IMG/VR virus record: IMGVR_UViG_3300034190_001790
Location: 1 to 62,902 of that record
Strand: one strand, 5' to 3'
Origin: a virus
Lineage: Duplodnaviria > Caudoviricetes
DNA length: 62,902 nucleotides
The notes beneath the pieces are model-generated. The model was given only the letters and a program-made list of their open reading frames with translations. It ran no database searches and was not told the DNA's origin. This document shows positions 1 to 9,249 of this stretch, in pieces. Position 1 is the stretch's first letter. Each line of letters starts with the position of its first letter. The position numbers were made by a program, and so were the translations under genes.

Positions 1-12
1 GAAGACAGATAC

Positions 13-321
13 ATGAGTACATACGGATTCGTAAAAATAAACGGATTAGAGGAATTAGCTAATTGGGTGCTAGGAGACGGAACAGAAGATAGCTGGGAAG
101 CGGAGGATGACTCAAATCAAATACAGCAGCTTTGTGATGCAGTAAAAAAAGGTAAGTATATTGTTAGTGTACTTGAAGCTAATATAGAAAATGATATTGA
201 CGTTAGAATAGATGACGGATACTATACTATTAGAGACATTAGCAGAGCAATAGATGACTTTGAGTATGGTAGTTTATCTCCATATGAAATGGTAAAAAAA
301 ATAAAACAAATAATAAGTTAA
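13..321 (+). CDS. hypothetical acidic early protein (may be 5'-truncated)
   Basis: 102-aa ORF; the frame is also open from base 1 (EDRY-M), so the true start may lie outside the window. Confidence 0.7.
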   Translation: MSTYGFVKINGLEELANWVLGDGTEDSWEAEDDSNQIQQLCDAVKKGKYIVSVLEANIENDIDVRIDDGYYTIRDISRAIDDFEYGSLSPYEMVKKIKQIIS

Positions 322-326
322 CTTTG
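319..326 (+). promoter_or_regulatory. Bacteroidota sigmaA-type -7 box (TAACTTTG)
   Basis: matches TAnnTTTG, ending 11 nt upstream of ATG 338. Confidence 0.55.
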
Positions 327-337
327 TAAAAAAACTT

Positions 338-1219
338 ATGAAACAATTTGTTATATCCTCTGAAGTAAGTAGCAAAAATTTTTCAAACAATATCAGCTTA
401 GAAAAAAACTGTGTTCAAGGAAAAAACAGTGATAAATCTTTTGCTGATTTTGTTAGTTATATTCAAGATGACTTAAATGACTATGTATTTCCTATAGTTA
501 ACATAAATACAAATTCTCTTGTACAAATAAAACCTATTGATTGGGTGGAATCAGAGGAATATATAAATCATGTGTTTTCTAGAGTTAGAACGGAGTATGT
601 TGGATACCTAATACATTATGATAATTGTTCTGTAGCATGGTACAAAGAGCATGGCGAAATATATAGACTATGCGTTAAGATTGTCGAATTAAAAAATGAT
701 GAATGCGTTTTAGTATCTCAATTAAACACAAACGATGTACACATGCTAAACAAAGAAGTGTCCATGAAGTTTCTAGACAATTTGTGGTTGGTTACTCAGT
801 TGTATGAAAAAGAAATTATAGACAAATACTATTACAATAATGAAAAAGAAAAAGAATTTCATTACACTAACTTGTGGAGGAATCATTACGAGAGAGAGTG
901 TGAGCATGTAGATAATTATTATGTTTATAATCAAACAACAAGAGGAGATATAAAGGCACTACAAAATGCTACAAGAATAAATAGAACAAAGTACACTAGA
1001 CTAGCAAAAAAACTACACAGCTTTAATGAAAAGCAATGTCCAGTAAATTATTTCTTTTCACAAGAAAAACTAGACTACAATGATTACGACATGAATACTG
1101 GAGAAGTGATTGAGTATACAAATAAAGATTATGCAGAGGGAAAGCATAAAGAAGACGCATTATTGGTTACAATTCTTAGAAGTGAGGATGATCTTTTTCC
1201 ATTGTTTGAAATTATTTAA
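338..1219 (+). CDS. hypothetical protein
   Basis: 293-aa ORF on the early strand, no motif recognised. Confidence 0.8.
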   Translation: MKQFVISSEVSSKNFSNNISLEKNCVQGKNSDKSFADFVSYIQDDLNDYVFPIVNINTNSLVQIKPIDWVESEEYINHVFSRVRTEYVGYLIHYDNCSVAWYKEHGEIYRLCVKIVELKNDECVLVSQLNTNDVHMLNKEVSMKFLDNLWLVTQLYEKEIIDKYYYNNEKEKEFHYTNLWRNHYERECEHVDNYYVYNQTTRGDIKALQNATRINRTKYTRLAKKLHSFNEKQCPVNYFFSQEKLDYNDYDMNTGEVIEYTNKDYAEGKHKEDALLVTILRSEDDLFPLFEII

Positions 1220-1283
1220 AAAAAATTAGGTTATAATCAAAATTTATTGTAATATTACACACAAATTGAACTAAATATAATAT

Positions 1284-1432
1284 AGGTAAGTATTTATGGT
1301 TAAATCTGGAACATAAACTAAGTAATTCCAGAACGAAAGGATAAACAAAGCTTACCTTAATACAAGAGTTGATGTTAGGCGAAATCAACAACGTAATTAG
1401 AAACTGTATGGCGTGTTTCTTCCTCTTTTTTT
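1284..1432 (+). ncRNA. candidate structured intergenic RNA (two multi-stem elements)
   Basis: AGGTAAG/CTTACCT encloses TCTGGAA/TTCCAGA; then AAGAG/CTCTT encloses TTGAT/ATCAA and AGAAAC/GTTTCT, followed by a T-run. Confidence 0.35.
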
Positions 1433-1452
1433 ATTAACTTAAATAAAGAATT

Positions 1453-1632
1453 ATGGATAAAGAATATGGTAAGTTTTTTAAAAGTAACTACAAGTACCCA
1501 GTATTAGATTACAACAGTTGGAGTGAGTATGTAAAGCATGAGTATAAAAAGATGAGGGAAAAAAACCTAAAAACTAGACAGAAGAAAGAGAGAGAACAGC
1601 TTAAAAATACTCCTTTAAATTTTAACTGGTAA
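1453..1632 (+). CDS. small hypothetical protein (59 aa, not in ORF track)
   Basis: ATG 1453 to TAA 1632 (MDKEYGKFFKSNYKYPVLDY...), TAATG-coupled to next ORF. Confidence 0.6.
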   Translation: MDKEYGKFFKSNYKYPVLDYNSWSEYVKHEYKKMREKNLKTRQKKEREQLKNTPLNFNW

Positions 1633-1763
1633 TGAAAGAAGTACATGAATTAATTCTTAAAGAAAAACTTAAAGAAAAGCCAAACATCAGGTACATACAA
1701 TGGTTGCAAAAATTAAACGAGGACATTCTCAAGCAAATCATTGTGAACAATTACAAGAAGTAA
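1632..1763 (+). CDS. small hypothetical protein (43 aa, not in ORF track)
   Basis: MKEVHELILKEKLKEKPNIRYIQWLQ...; start overlaps the previous stop. Confidence 0.6.
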   Translation: MKEVHELILKEKLKEKPNIRYIQWLQKLNEDILKQIIVNNYKK

Positions 1764-1792
1764 AGACGAGGAATAATCCTCAATAATTTTAT

Positions 1793-1893
1793 AGGTGTAA
1801 GATACCTTGATATTAAATGTTTTGTCTTTACACTAAGGGAGTGGTTATAAAGGCATAAGCCAACAATACGTTAATACTGTTAGCTGCTCCCTT
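1793..1893 (+). ncRNA. candidate structured intergenic RNA
   Basis: hairpin GGTGTAA-GATA/TGTC-T-TTACACT, then 13-bp stem AAGGGAGTGGTTA/TAGCTGCTCCCTT (G-U pairs) enclosing GGC-ATAA-GCC and AAC-AATAC-GTT. Confidence 0.4.
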
Positions 1894-1914
1894 TAAAAAT
1901 TAAATTAAATAAAA

Positions 1915-2160
1915 ATGAAAAGATTATCTGAATACTTAGTTAACAAACTAAAAGAAGAACAGCATTTAAGGAATTATAATAAAGCAAATAGATTAGACAC
2001 TATCGATCTAAATAAATACTTTAAAGAAACAGATAAAATAGAAATAAAAGGTAGATTTGTATCTGCGTGTAAATACGCATTACCTATACCTGAAAGGGTA
2101 ATAATCAAAAATGATATGAGTAAATATAAATTAATTAAAAGATATGAGTCAAGAAATTGA
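1915..2160 (+). CDS. hypothetical protein
   Basis: 81-aa ORF with A-rich leader (TAAATTAAATAAAAATG). Confidence 0.75.
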   Translation: MKRLSEYLVNKLKEEQHLRNYNKANRLDTIDLNKYFKETDKIEIKGRFVSACKYALPIPERVIIKNDMSKYKLIKRYESRN

Positions 2161-2389
2161 AGTTCCAAAATATTATGTAGGAGACACCTACAGAGAAGGG
2201 TATTACCAAGCAAGGTACGTTGTAGAAGATTTTAATTGCACTTGGAACGTAGGCAATGTTGTTACTTATTGTTTACGAAGTTCTAAAAAACATGAGAGTC
2301 CAATAGAATGCTTGAAAAAATCCATTAACCATCTAAAATTTGAAATAGAAAGGTTAGAAAAATTAGAAAAGAAAAATAAAATTAAATGA
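2144..2389 (+). CDS. DUF3310-like protein (T7 gp1.7-related putative nucleotide kinase)
   Basis: PKYY ... WNVGNVVTYCLRSSKKH ... ECLKKSINHLKFEI resembles the family pattern P.HY..GN..KY..R...K...EDL.KA..YL. Confidence 0.6.
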   Translation: MSQEIEVPKYYVGDTYREGYYQARYVVEDFNCTWNVGNVVTYCLRSSKKHESPIECLKKSINHLKFEIERLEKLEKKNKIK

Positions 2390-2679
2390 AAAGAGAGATA
2401 TTTGATAAGTACGCCACAGCAATAGCCGACAGGTTTCATCTAACTTTAGATGAGATGTTTGCTAAAACAAAAAAAAGAGAAGCAGTAGATGCTAGACAGA
2501 TGTTGTATTTTTTGTCTCGAGAACGTCCAATAAGAATCTCTTATATACAAAAATTTATGGAGGACAATGGGCATATTGTTTCTCATTCAACAATTATTCA
2601 TGGGTACAACATAGCAAAAGAGCATGTCGATAACGATAAAGATTATGCAGAGGTTGTAAGTCAGCTTAAAAATGTATAA
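2386..2679 (+). CDS. stand-alone DnaA domain IV (C-terminal HTH)-like DNA-binding protein
   Basis: KTKKREAVDARQMLYFLSRE ... SHSTIIHG parallels DnaA's R....V.ARQIAMYL.R ... DHTTV.HA. Confidence 0.65.
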   Translation: MKREIFDKYATAIADRFHLTLDEMFAKTKKREAVDARQMLYFLSRERPIRISYIQKFMEDNGHIVSHSTIIHGYNIAKEHVDNDKDYAEVVSQLKNV

Positions 2680-3100
2680 ATTAGAGGACATATATAATCA
2701 GGCATCAAAAGATAGTTCTATGAAAATAGAAAGAAATAATAATGTCAGTTATATAAATGTAGGAGTAAAAATAAGTAAGTATCCAAGTAAAACAGAAATT
2801 TTAAACTGTTCAAAAAACGGAGACTACTTTCAGGAAATAACATCAGACGAGTATAATATGTTTTATAATCGTGGGTGGTATGAAGGCTGCATAATTTTAG
2901 CTATCTCAAACTGCGTTAGAAAGTTAAAGATGATTAAGGTAAAAATGCAGGAAGAAGTAAATCAAAGAAAAAACGATAAGTTTATTAAAAATTTAAAAAC
3001 AAAACGGGAGTTTGTTATGAATAAATATTCTTATTATAGTCAAAAACTAATTAAACTAAATAAAAATGACAAAATTAAAAACAGTAAATATAAAGGGTAA
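2672..3100 (+). CDS. hypothetical protein
   Basis: 142-aa ORF overlapping its neighbours in the operon. Confidence 0.75.
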   Translation: MYKLEDIYNQASKDSSMKIERNNNVSYINVGVKISKYPSKTEILNCSKNGDYFQEITSDEYNMFYNRGWYEGCIILAISNCVRKLKMIKVKMQEEVNQRKNDKFIKNLKTKREFVMNKYSYYSQKLIKLNKNDKIKNSKYKG

Positions 3101-3602
3101 AGAGTATGTTGAAGTACACACAAGATTAAAATACTTTAGATCTAAATACCCACAGTACACCATTGATACCGATACAATAGAAAAAACAGAAGACACTGTA
3201 ATGTTTAAGGCGGTAATTAAAAACGAAGAAGGTAGAATTATAGCTTCAGGACATGCAGAAGAGAGAAGAGGCTCATCATTTATTAATAAGACATCATATG
3301 TAGAAAACTGTGAGACATCAGCATGGGGTAGGGCTCTAGGAAACTTTGGAATAGGTTTAGAGACAGCAGTGTCATCGTATGACGAAGTGGCTAATGCTAT
3401 TAAGAATCAAGAGCCTAAAGTAAAGCCACCAACTAAAACAACTAAATTACAATTAGTTATAGATGATAATAACTGGGATAAGGTTTTGAAGTACATGGCT
3501 CAAAACAAAGCATTAGGGCTAGACAAGTTAGTTAAAAACTTAGAGCAAAAATATTCTATCAAGTCTTCAGTAAAGAAGGAACTTTCAAAACACATTAAAT
3601 AA
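3066..3602 (+). CDS. putative single-strand annealing recombinase (Rad52/Sak-like fold)
   Basis: KGKEYVEVHTRL ... ASGHAEE ... VENCETSAWGRAL..FGIG pattern; sits next to an exonuclease and an SSB-like gene. Confidence 0.6.
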   Translation: MTKLKTVNIKGKEYVEVHTRLKYFRSKYPQYTIDTDTIEKTEDTVMFKAVIKNEEGRIIASGHAEERRGSSFINKTSYVENCETSAWGRALGNFGIGLETAVSSYDEVANAIKNQEPKVKPPTKTTKLQLVIDDNNWDKVLKYMAQNKALGLDKLVKNLEQKYSIKSSVKKELSKHIK

Positions 3603-4366
3603 TGAAAATTCCTTTTAATTACACCGACAAAGTTGTCTCTGAAATTGCAGAAAAACTTAAAGACGACTCTTCATATTATGGGGAGTACGGTAAGCAGTGG
3701 CTATCTAATTCAGATATTAAATTATTATTAGACAACCCAAGAATGTTTGGTAAACCTCAGGAGGAAACAAAAGCCATGTTAGAGGGGAGGTATTTTCATA
3801 CGGCTATATTAGAAAAAGAAAAACTTAAAGACTTTGACATTGTGGAGGTTTCTAGTCGAAATACCAAAGCATATAAAGAACACATAGCACATAATGACAA
3901 TAAAATGTCTCTTCTTAGTCATGAGGCTGAAGCAATAAATGATGTAGTTGACGCAATGCTATGTAATTTAGAAATGTATGATGAAATTTACAAAGACGGA
4001 AACCAATATGAAGTTCCAATGGTTAAAATGATTATGGGATTAAACTGGAAAGGAAAGGCAGACATAGTTTGTAATGATAAGTTGATTGATTTAAAAACTA
4101 CATCAGACATTAACAAGTTTAGATCAAGTGCGTACAGATACAATTATGATAGTCAAGCCTTTATATATCAAGAGTTGTTTGGTTTGCCTTTAGAATTTTA
4201 TGTAGTGGACAAGTCTACTTATCAATTAGCTATATTCAAACCAACAGATGAGTTTGTTCAACATGGAAAAGAAAAAGTTGAAAACGCTATTTTTATTTAC
4301 AACACATATTTCAGTGAAGATTCAGAAGAAAACATAAATCAATTCGTATTGCATGAAACATTATAG
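3602..4366 (+). CDS. PD-(D/E)XK exonuclease (RecE/ExoVIII, DUF3799-like)
   Basis: LSNSDIK, GRYFHTAILE, KGKADIV...IDLKTT, YNYDSQAFIY motifs. Confidence 0.8.
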   Translation: MKIPFNYTDKVVSEIAEKLKDDSSYYGEYGKQWLSNSDIKLLLDNPRMFGKPQEETKAMLEGRYFHTAILEKEKLKDFDIVEVSSRNTKAYKEHIAHNDNKMSLLSHEAEAINDVVDAMLCNLEMYDEIYKDGNQYEVPMVKMIMGLNWKGKADIVCNDKLIDLKTTSDINKFRSSAYRYNYDSQAFIYQELFGLPLEFYVVDKSTYQLAIFKPTDEFVQHGKEKVENAIFIYNTYFSEDSEENINQFVLHETL

Positions 4367-4565
4367 AAATATAATATGGCATAGAAAAATAATTTTTGTT
4401 TTAAAAGTAGTTTATAAGGTAATAAAATATTATCTTTCAAGGCTATCTTGGAAAAGAGAAATATTTATAGTAGAAGTTCCAACTACTATGGAAAACGAAC
4501 AGCAAAAGCAAAAGCTAATGACTGAAGTTTTAGAAATTTTGGAGCAACAAATTAAATTAAAATAA
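4353..4565 (+). CDS. hypothetical protein
   Basis: 70-aa ORF in operon context. Confidence 0.6.
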   Translation: MKHYRNIIWHRKIIFVLKVVYKVIKYYLSRLSWKREIFIVEVPTTMENEQQKQKLMTEVLEILEQQIKLK

Positions 4566-4566
4566 A

Positions 4567-4818
4567 ATGGAAGATAAAATTTATGTGGGCGGTGGTACCG
4601 AAAAGTTTGATGGTAACCTCATTTCTTGTAGTTTATGTTTAAGCGACCTTCCTTCTGAGCATATCTTTGAATATAGCGGAAAGAAATATATTAAACTTAA
4701 TGTGCAAAAGAAAAAGCAAGCTGATGAGTATGGCAAGACTCATTATGTTGCTGTTGACACTTGGAAACCTGAACCCAAGAAAGAAGAAGTTCAAGAAGAA
4801 AAAGACTTGCCTTTCTAA
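4567..4818 (+). CDS. small putative ssDNA-binding protein
   Basis: beta-rich 83 aa ending in the acidic SSB-type tail EEKDLPF; follows the recombination genes. Confidence 0.6.
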   Translation: MEDKIYVGGGTEKFDGNLISCSLCLSDLPSEHIFEYSGKKYIKLNVQKKKQADEYGKTHYVAVDTWKPEPKKEEVQEEKDLPF

Positions 4819-4829
4819 TAATTGTGAAG

Positions 4830-4856
4830 AGGAGGTCGAAAGACCTCCTTTTTTTT
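4830..4856 (+). terminator. intrinsic terminator
   Basis: AGGAGGTC-GAAA-GACCTCCT followed by a T-run. Confidence 0.85.
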
Positions 4857-4867
4857 AATATAATATA

Positions 4868-7255
4868 ATGGAGATAACGATATTTAAAGACATAAAGAAT
4901 ACCTCACAACCTTTTTACAGAAAAGTAGAATTAGTTTTGCACAGAATAGAGCAAGGAAATTCAAAAGACATAGTAAAAAAAATAAGAGCAGAAAAAGATA
5001 AAGAAAAAAGAAATGAATTAAAAAAACTTTTACCAGCAATTTGTTTTAGCGGAAAGTTTACTAAACGTAACGACTCATCACTTATCAAACATAGCGGCTT
5101 AATTTGTTTAGATTTTGATGGCTACAAATCCAACAAAGAGTTATTAGAAGAAAAAGAAAAGTTAGCTAAGAATAAATTTATATTTGCAGTGTTTATCTCA
5201 CCAAGTGGAAAAGGATTAAAAGCTTTAGTTAAGATACCTGAAAACGTAGACAATCATAAAAACTATTTTAATTCTTTAAACAAATACTTTAACTCTCCAT
5301 ATTTTGACACAACATCTAAAAATGTTTCAAGAGTATGTTATGAGAGTTATGATCCATTAATTTTTATAAACCTAACATCAAGTGTATGGGACACTATTGA
5401 CGCACCTGAGTTTGTAGAGTTTAATAAATACAAAGACAAACCAACTATTCCAGTAACAGATGAAAATAAAATTGTAGAGATTTTGTTGAAGTGGTGGGAA
5501 AATAAATATGGATTAGTAGATGGAGAGAGGAATAATAATGTTTACATACTTGCGGCTGCGTTTAACGATTTTGGGGTACCAAAAAATTTAGCTGAATATG
5601 TAATGGGTAATTTTGATAGTAAAGACTTTAGTATCCACGAGATTAAAAGAACAATAGACTCTGCATATGCACAAGTACAAAACTTTGGAACTAAATACTA
5701 CGAAGACGAAGATAAAGTAAATAAAGTAAAGCAACAACTCAGAAGAGGGGTGTCAAAAAAAGAAATCCGATGTCAATTAGAAGACGAAAAAATTGATGTC
5801 GGAGATATTGAAAATGTAATAGTTCGTCTTGAAGAAGAGCAGTCTAATTATAAGTTTTGGACAAAGAATGATAAGGGTGTTATAAAAATAGTCCATATAC
5901 TATTTAAAAATTTTTTAGAGGACAACGGTTTCTATAAGTTTAATCCTGAGGGAAGTAAAAGCTATGTTTTTGTTAGAGTGATAAACAACCTTATCGATCA
6001 CACAACTGAAAAGGAAATTAAAGATTTTGTTTTAAACTATCTTTTATCTGTTGATGATTTGTCTGTGTATAATTACTTTGCTGAACACACTAGATATTTT
6101 AGAGAAGAATTTTTAACCTTATTATCCTCCATAAATGTGTTTTTTATAGCTGACACAAAAGATACAGCTTATTTGTATTACACAAATTGTGCTGTTAAAA
6201 TTACAAAGAATGATATTGTACTTATAGATTACTTAGATTTAGGTGGTTATGTATGGAGAGACCATGTTATTGATAGGTCTTTTACTCTTTGTAAGGTAGG
6301 AGAATGTGATTATAAAACCTTTATATCTAACATTTGTGGTGAAGATAAAAGCAGAATAAACTCCATGGAGTCTACTATTGGTTATTTATTACATGGTTGG
6401 AAAAATTTATCTTATTGTCCAGCAGTAATATTAAATGATGAAGTAATATCTGTAAATCCTGAAGGTGGAACTGGAAAGGGATTGTTTATGAATGGCTTGT
6501 CGCAAATGAAAAAGAATGTCACAATAGACGGAAAAAGTTTTACGTTTGAAAGGTCTTTTGCGTATCAATTAGTTTCTGCGGACACACAAATACTTTGTTT
6601 TGATGACGTAAAAAAATCATTTGATTTTGAAAGACTGTTTAGTGTTATTACTGAGGGATTAACTCTTGAAAAGAAAAATAAAGACGCAATAAAAATACCT
6701 TTTTCAAAGTCTCCTAAAGTAGCTTTGACTACAAACTATGCTATTAAAGGAGAGGGGTCTTCTTTTGAAAGAAGAAAGTGGGAGTTGGAGTTGGCTCAAT
6801 ATTACACTAAAGATTTTACACCACTTGTTGAGTTTGGAAGACTTATGTTTGGAGAGTGGGACGATAATGAGTGGTGTCAGTTTGATAACTACATGATTCA
6901 AAATTTACAAATGTATTTAGAGCATGGAATGTTAAAAAGTGAATTTGTTAATTTAAAGATGAAAAATTTAATAAGAAGCACCGACCATGTGTTTATAGAG
7001 TGGTGCGGAATATTAGGTGGTGGTAAAATTAATGACAAACTAAAGCCTAACAGTAGGATATATAAACCTGACTTATATAAAGACTTTGTTGATGACAACC
7101 CTGACTTTGCACCAAGATCTAAAGATAGTGTTTCAAGAATAAAATTTTATCAGTGGGTAAAAAAATTCTGTTCGTATCATTATAATGTTGAGGCTGAAGA
7201 AGGTAGAGACTTAGGCGGAAGATATTTTGTTTTTAATACAGAAGATGAAGTTTAG
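4868..7255 (+). CDS. primase-helicase (BT4734/VirE N-terminal primase-like domain + SF3/D5-like helicase)
   Basis: KKLLPAICFSG, SGLICLDFD, FISPSGKGLK, GERNN; Walker A GGTGKG, Walker B LCFDD, motif C LTTN. Confidence 0.85.
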   Translation: MEITIFKDIKNTSQPFYRKVELVLHRIEQGNSKDIVKKIRAEKDKEKRNELKKLLPAICFSGKFTKRNDSSLIKHSGLICLDFDGYKSNKELLEEKEKLAKNKFIFAVFISPSGKGLKALVKIPENVDNHKNYFNSLNKYFNSPYFDTTSKNVSRVCYESYDPLIFINLTSSVWDTIDAPEFVEFNKYKDKPTIPVTDENKIVEILLKWWENKYGLVDGERNNNVYILAAAFNDFGVPKNLAEYVMGNFDSKDFSIHEIKRTIDSAYAQVQNFGTKYYEDEDKVNKVKQQLRRGVSKKEIRCQLEDEKIDVGDIENVIVRLEEEQSNYKFWTKNDKGVIKIVHILFKNFLEDNGFYKFNPEGSKSYVFVRVINNLIDHTTEKEIKDFVLNYLLSVDDLSVYNYFAEHTRYFREEFLTLLSSINVFFIADTKDTAYLYYTNCAVKITKNDIVLIDYLDLGGYVWRDHVIDRSFTLCKVGECDYKTFISNICGEDKSRINSMESTIGYLLHGWKNLSYCPAVILNDEVISVNPEGGTGKGLFMNGLSQMKKNVTIDGKSFTFERSFAYQLVSADTQILCFDDVKKSFDFERLFSVITEGLTLEKKNKDAIKIPFSKSPKVALTTNYAIKGEGSSFERRKWELELAQYYTKDFTPLVEFGRLMFGEWDDNEWCQFDNYMIQNLQMYLEHGMLKSEFVNLKMKNLIRSTDHVFIEWCGILGGGKINDKLKPNSRIYKPDLYKDFVDDNPDFAPRSKDSVSRIKFYQWVKKFCSYHYNVEAEEGRDLGGRYFVFNTEDEV

Positions 7256-8474
7256 AGACTATCAGGTAAGTATAATCAACAAAGGTGTTGACGTTTTGTC
7301 CAGAGATAAGTTTTTGTACTTAGCTATGGAGGTAAGAACTGGCAAAACTTTAACCAGTTTAGGTATTGCACAGAGAATGAGTTGCACAGACGTTTTGTTT
7401 TTAACTAAGAAGAAAGCTATATCAAGCATTGAACAGGATTATAAACTATTAAATCCTCATTATAATATTACAGTAATAAATTATGAATCTTTGCACAAGG
7501 TAAAACAAACTGGTTGGAGCCTAGTTGTTTGTGATGAAGCTCATACGTTGGGTGCCTTTCCTAAGCCAAATAAAAGAGCTAAACAAGTAAAAGAAATTTT
7601 AGTTAGATCTAAACCTTATGTTATATTATTAAGCGGAACACCAACTCCTGAATCATACAGTCAAATGTATCACCAGCTGTACGGTATTCCGACAAGTCCT
7701 TTCAGTAAATTTAAAAACTTTTATGCGTTTGCAAAAAAATATGTTTTAGTAAAACAAAGAAAAATAAATGGTATGTTTATTAATGATTACTCAAAAGGAT
7801 TGAAGTCTATATTAGATGATATATCTCCATTTAAAATAAACTACACGCAAAAATCCGCAGGATTCAAAACAGAAACCAACGAAAAAATACTTTATGTAGA
7901 ATTAAGTAGAATTACCAAAGGGTTAATAACTCGTATAAAAAAAGACAGAGTTATAGAGGGTGATGGTGAACTATTACTGGCAGACACTCCAGCAAAGTTA
8001 ATGACTAAAGTGCACCAGCTTTGCTCGGGAACAGTGAAATTTGAAAGCGGAAATGCAATGACAATAGATTTTACTAAAGCAAAATTTATAAAAAAATATT
8101 TTAAAAATAAAAAAATAGCAATATTTTATAAGTTCACTCAAGAGTACAAGGCACTTAAAGAAATATATAAAGATCAGATTACTAACGATTTAGAAGAATT
8201 TAAATATACAGATAAATGTATAGCCTTGCAAATTGTTTCTGGAAGAGAAGGTATAAGTTTGAAGGAGGCATCGTGTTTAGTTTATTACAATATAGATTTT
8301 AGTGCAACATCTTACTGGCAGAGTAGAGATAGAATGACAACAAAAAACAGAACACACAATAATATATTTTGGATTTTTAGTAAAGACGGTATTGAAAACG
8401 ATATATATAAAGCTGTTGTTAAAAAGAAAGATTATACCCTTTCACACTTTAAAAGAGATTTATTAGATTTGTAA
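7245..8474 (+). CDS. SNF2-like superfamily 2 helicase
   Basis: RDYQ Q-motif, EVRTGKT, VCDEAH, LSGTP, GREGISL, QSRDR; start moved to ATG 7245. Confidence 0.85.
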   Translation: MKFRDYQVSIINKGVDVLSRDKFLYLAMEVRTGKTLTSLGIAQRMSCTDVLFLTKKKAISSIEQDYKLLNPHYNITVINYESLHKVKQTGWSLVVCDEAHTLGAFPKPNKRAKQVKEILVRSKPYVILLSGTPTPESYSQMYHQLYGIPTSPFSKFKNFYAFAKKYVLVKQRKINGMFINDYSKGLKSILDDISPFKINYTQKSAGFKTETNEKILYVELSRITKGLITRIKKDRVIEGDGELLLADTPAKLMTKVHQLCSGTVKFESGNAMTIDFTKAKFIKKYFKNKKIAIFYKFTQEYKALKEIYKDQITNDLEEFKYTDKCIALQIVSGREGISLKEASCLVYYNIDFSATSYWQSRDRMTTKNRTHNNIFWIFSKDGIENDIYKAVVKKKDYTLSHFKRDLLDL

Positions 8475-8475
8475 T

Positions 8476-8715
8476 ATGACTGAGCAACAGATACAAAAAA
8501 AACGTATAGCTCAATTAGAAAGCGAGGGCTACTATGTAATAAAGCTTACGGTCACAAACAAAAACGGCATACCTGATCTTATTGCTATTCCCAAAGGATC
8601 AGACGTTTTGTTTTCAGAAGTAAAAAAACCAAAAGGTAAGTTATCTGAGCTGCAAAAATTTAGAATAAAAGAACTTAAAGAACATGGAATTCAGACAGAG
8701 ATATATAGAGGCTAA
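8476..8715 (+). CDS. VRR-NUC domain nuclease (putative Holliday junction resolvase)
   Basis: TEQQIQ ... GIPDLI ... FSEVK ... GKLSELQ. Confidence 0.85.
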   Translation: MTEQQIQKKRIAQLESEGYYVIKLTVTNKNGIPDLIAIPKGSDVLFSEVKKPKGKLSELQKFRIKELKEHGIQTEIYRG

Positions 8716-9010
8716 GGGTTATGATGTAGAAGATTATTTCATGGATAATCTTTCTGAAATGAATTTATATGTAGCATTAAAAATAGCAACTTTTATAGAA
8801 AAAAATTTACAATCTATTGAGGAAACTAAATTATGCTCTAAAGTTTTAGGTGGTTGTGTTGTTAATACTATTGGTGAGCCAATAACTTTTGCTATAGAAA
8901 TGGTTCGTAAAAAAAATTGTTACACTACCTTAACAGACATAACTTTAATAGATATGGACGAGTATTTAGATCTTATGTTATTAGATTGTTATATAAAACC
9001 TGTCAAATAA
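8684..9010 (+). CDS. hypothetical protein
   Basis: 108-aa ORF in operon. Confidence 0.65.
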   Translation: MEFRQRYIEAKGYDVEDYFMDNLSEMNLYVALKIATFIEKNLQSIEETKLCSKVLGGCVVNTIGEPITFAIEMVRKKNCYTTLTDITLIDMDEYLDLMLLDCYIKPVK

Positions 9011-9033
9011 TTAGGAGAATTCAATTATTTTTT

Positions 9034-9041
9034 TATATTTG
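9034..9041 (+). promoter_or_regulatory. Bacteroidota -7 box (TATATTTG)
   Basis: intergenic TAnnTTTG ending 16 nt upstream of ATG 9058. Confidence 0.6.
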
Positions 9042-9057
9042 ATTAAATCAAGTATAA

Positions 9058-9249
9058 ATGCCACGAGTAGCCCCAGAAGATATTTCAACCATATCACATA
9101 TTAAGTATGTAAGCGAAAGTATTCATGACTTTGGAGACTGCTTGTATGAGGATTTAATGGAGAGAGATCATGAAGAGGCTAAAAAAAATGCTCAAAAGCT
9201 AATAAAAGTATTGGCTGATCTAATTCAATCCCTATCCGATGAAATCTAA
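9058..9249 (+). CDS. hypothetical protein
   Basis: 63-aa helical ORF downstream of a promoter box. Confidence 0.7.
   Translation: MPRVAPEDISTISHIKYVSESIHDFGDCLYEDLMERDHEEAKKNAQKLIKVLADLIQSLSDEI

Noticed and set aside
4721-4760. CTGATGAG as a second hammerhead core (similar hits at 61566 and 62573)
   Set aside because: These lie inside CDSs and are not followed by stem II, GAAA and stem III
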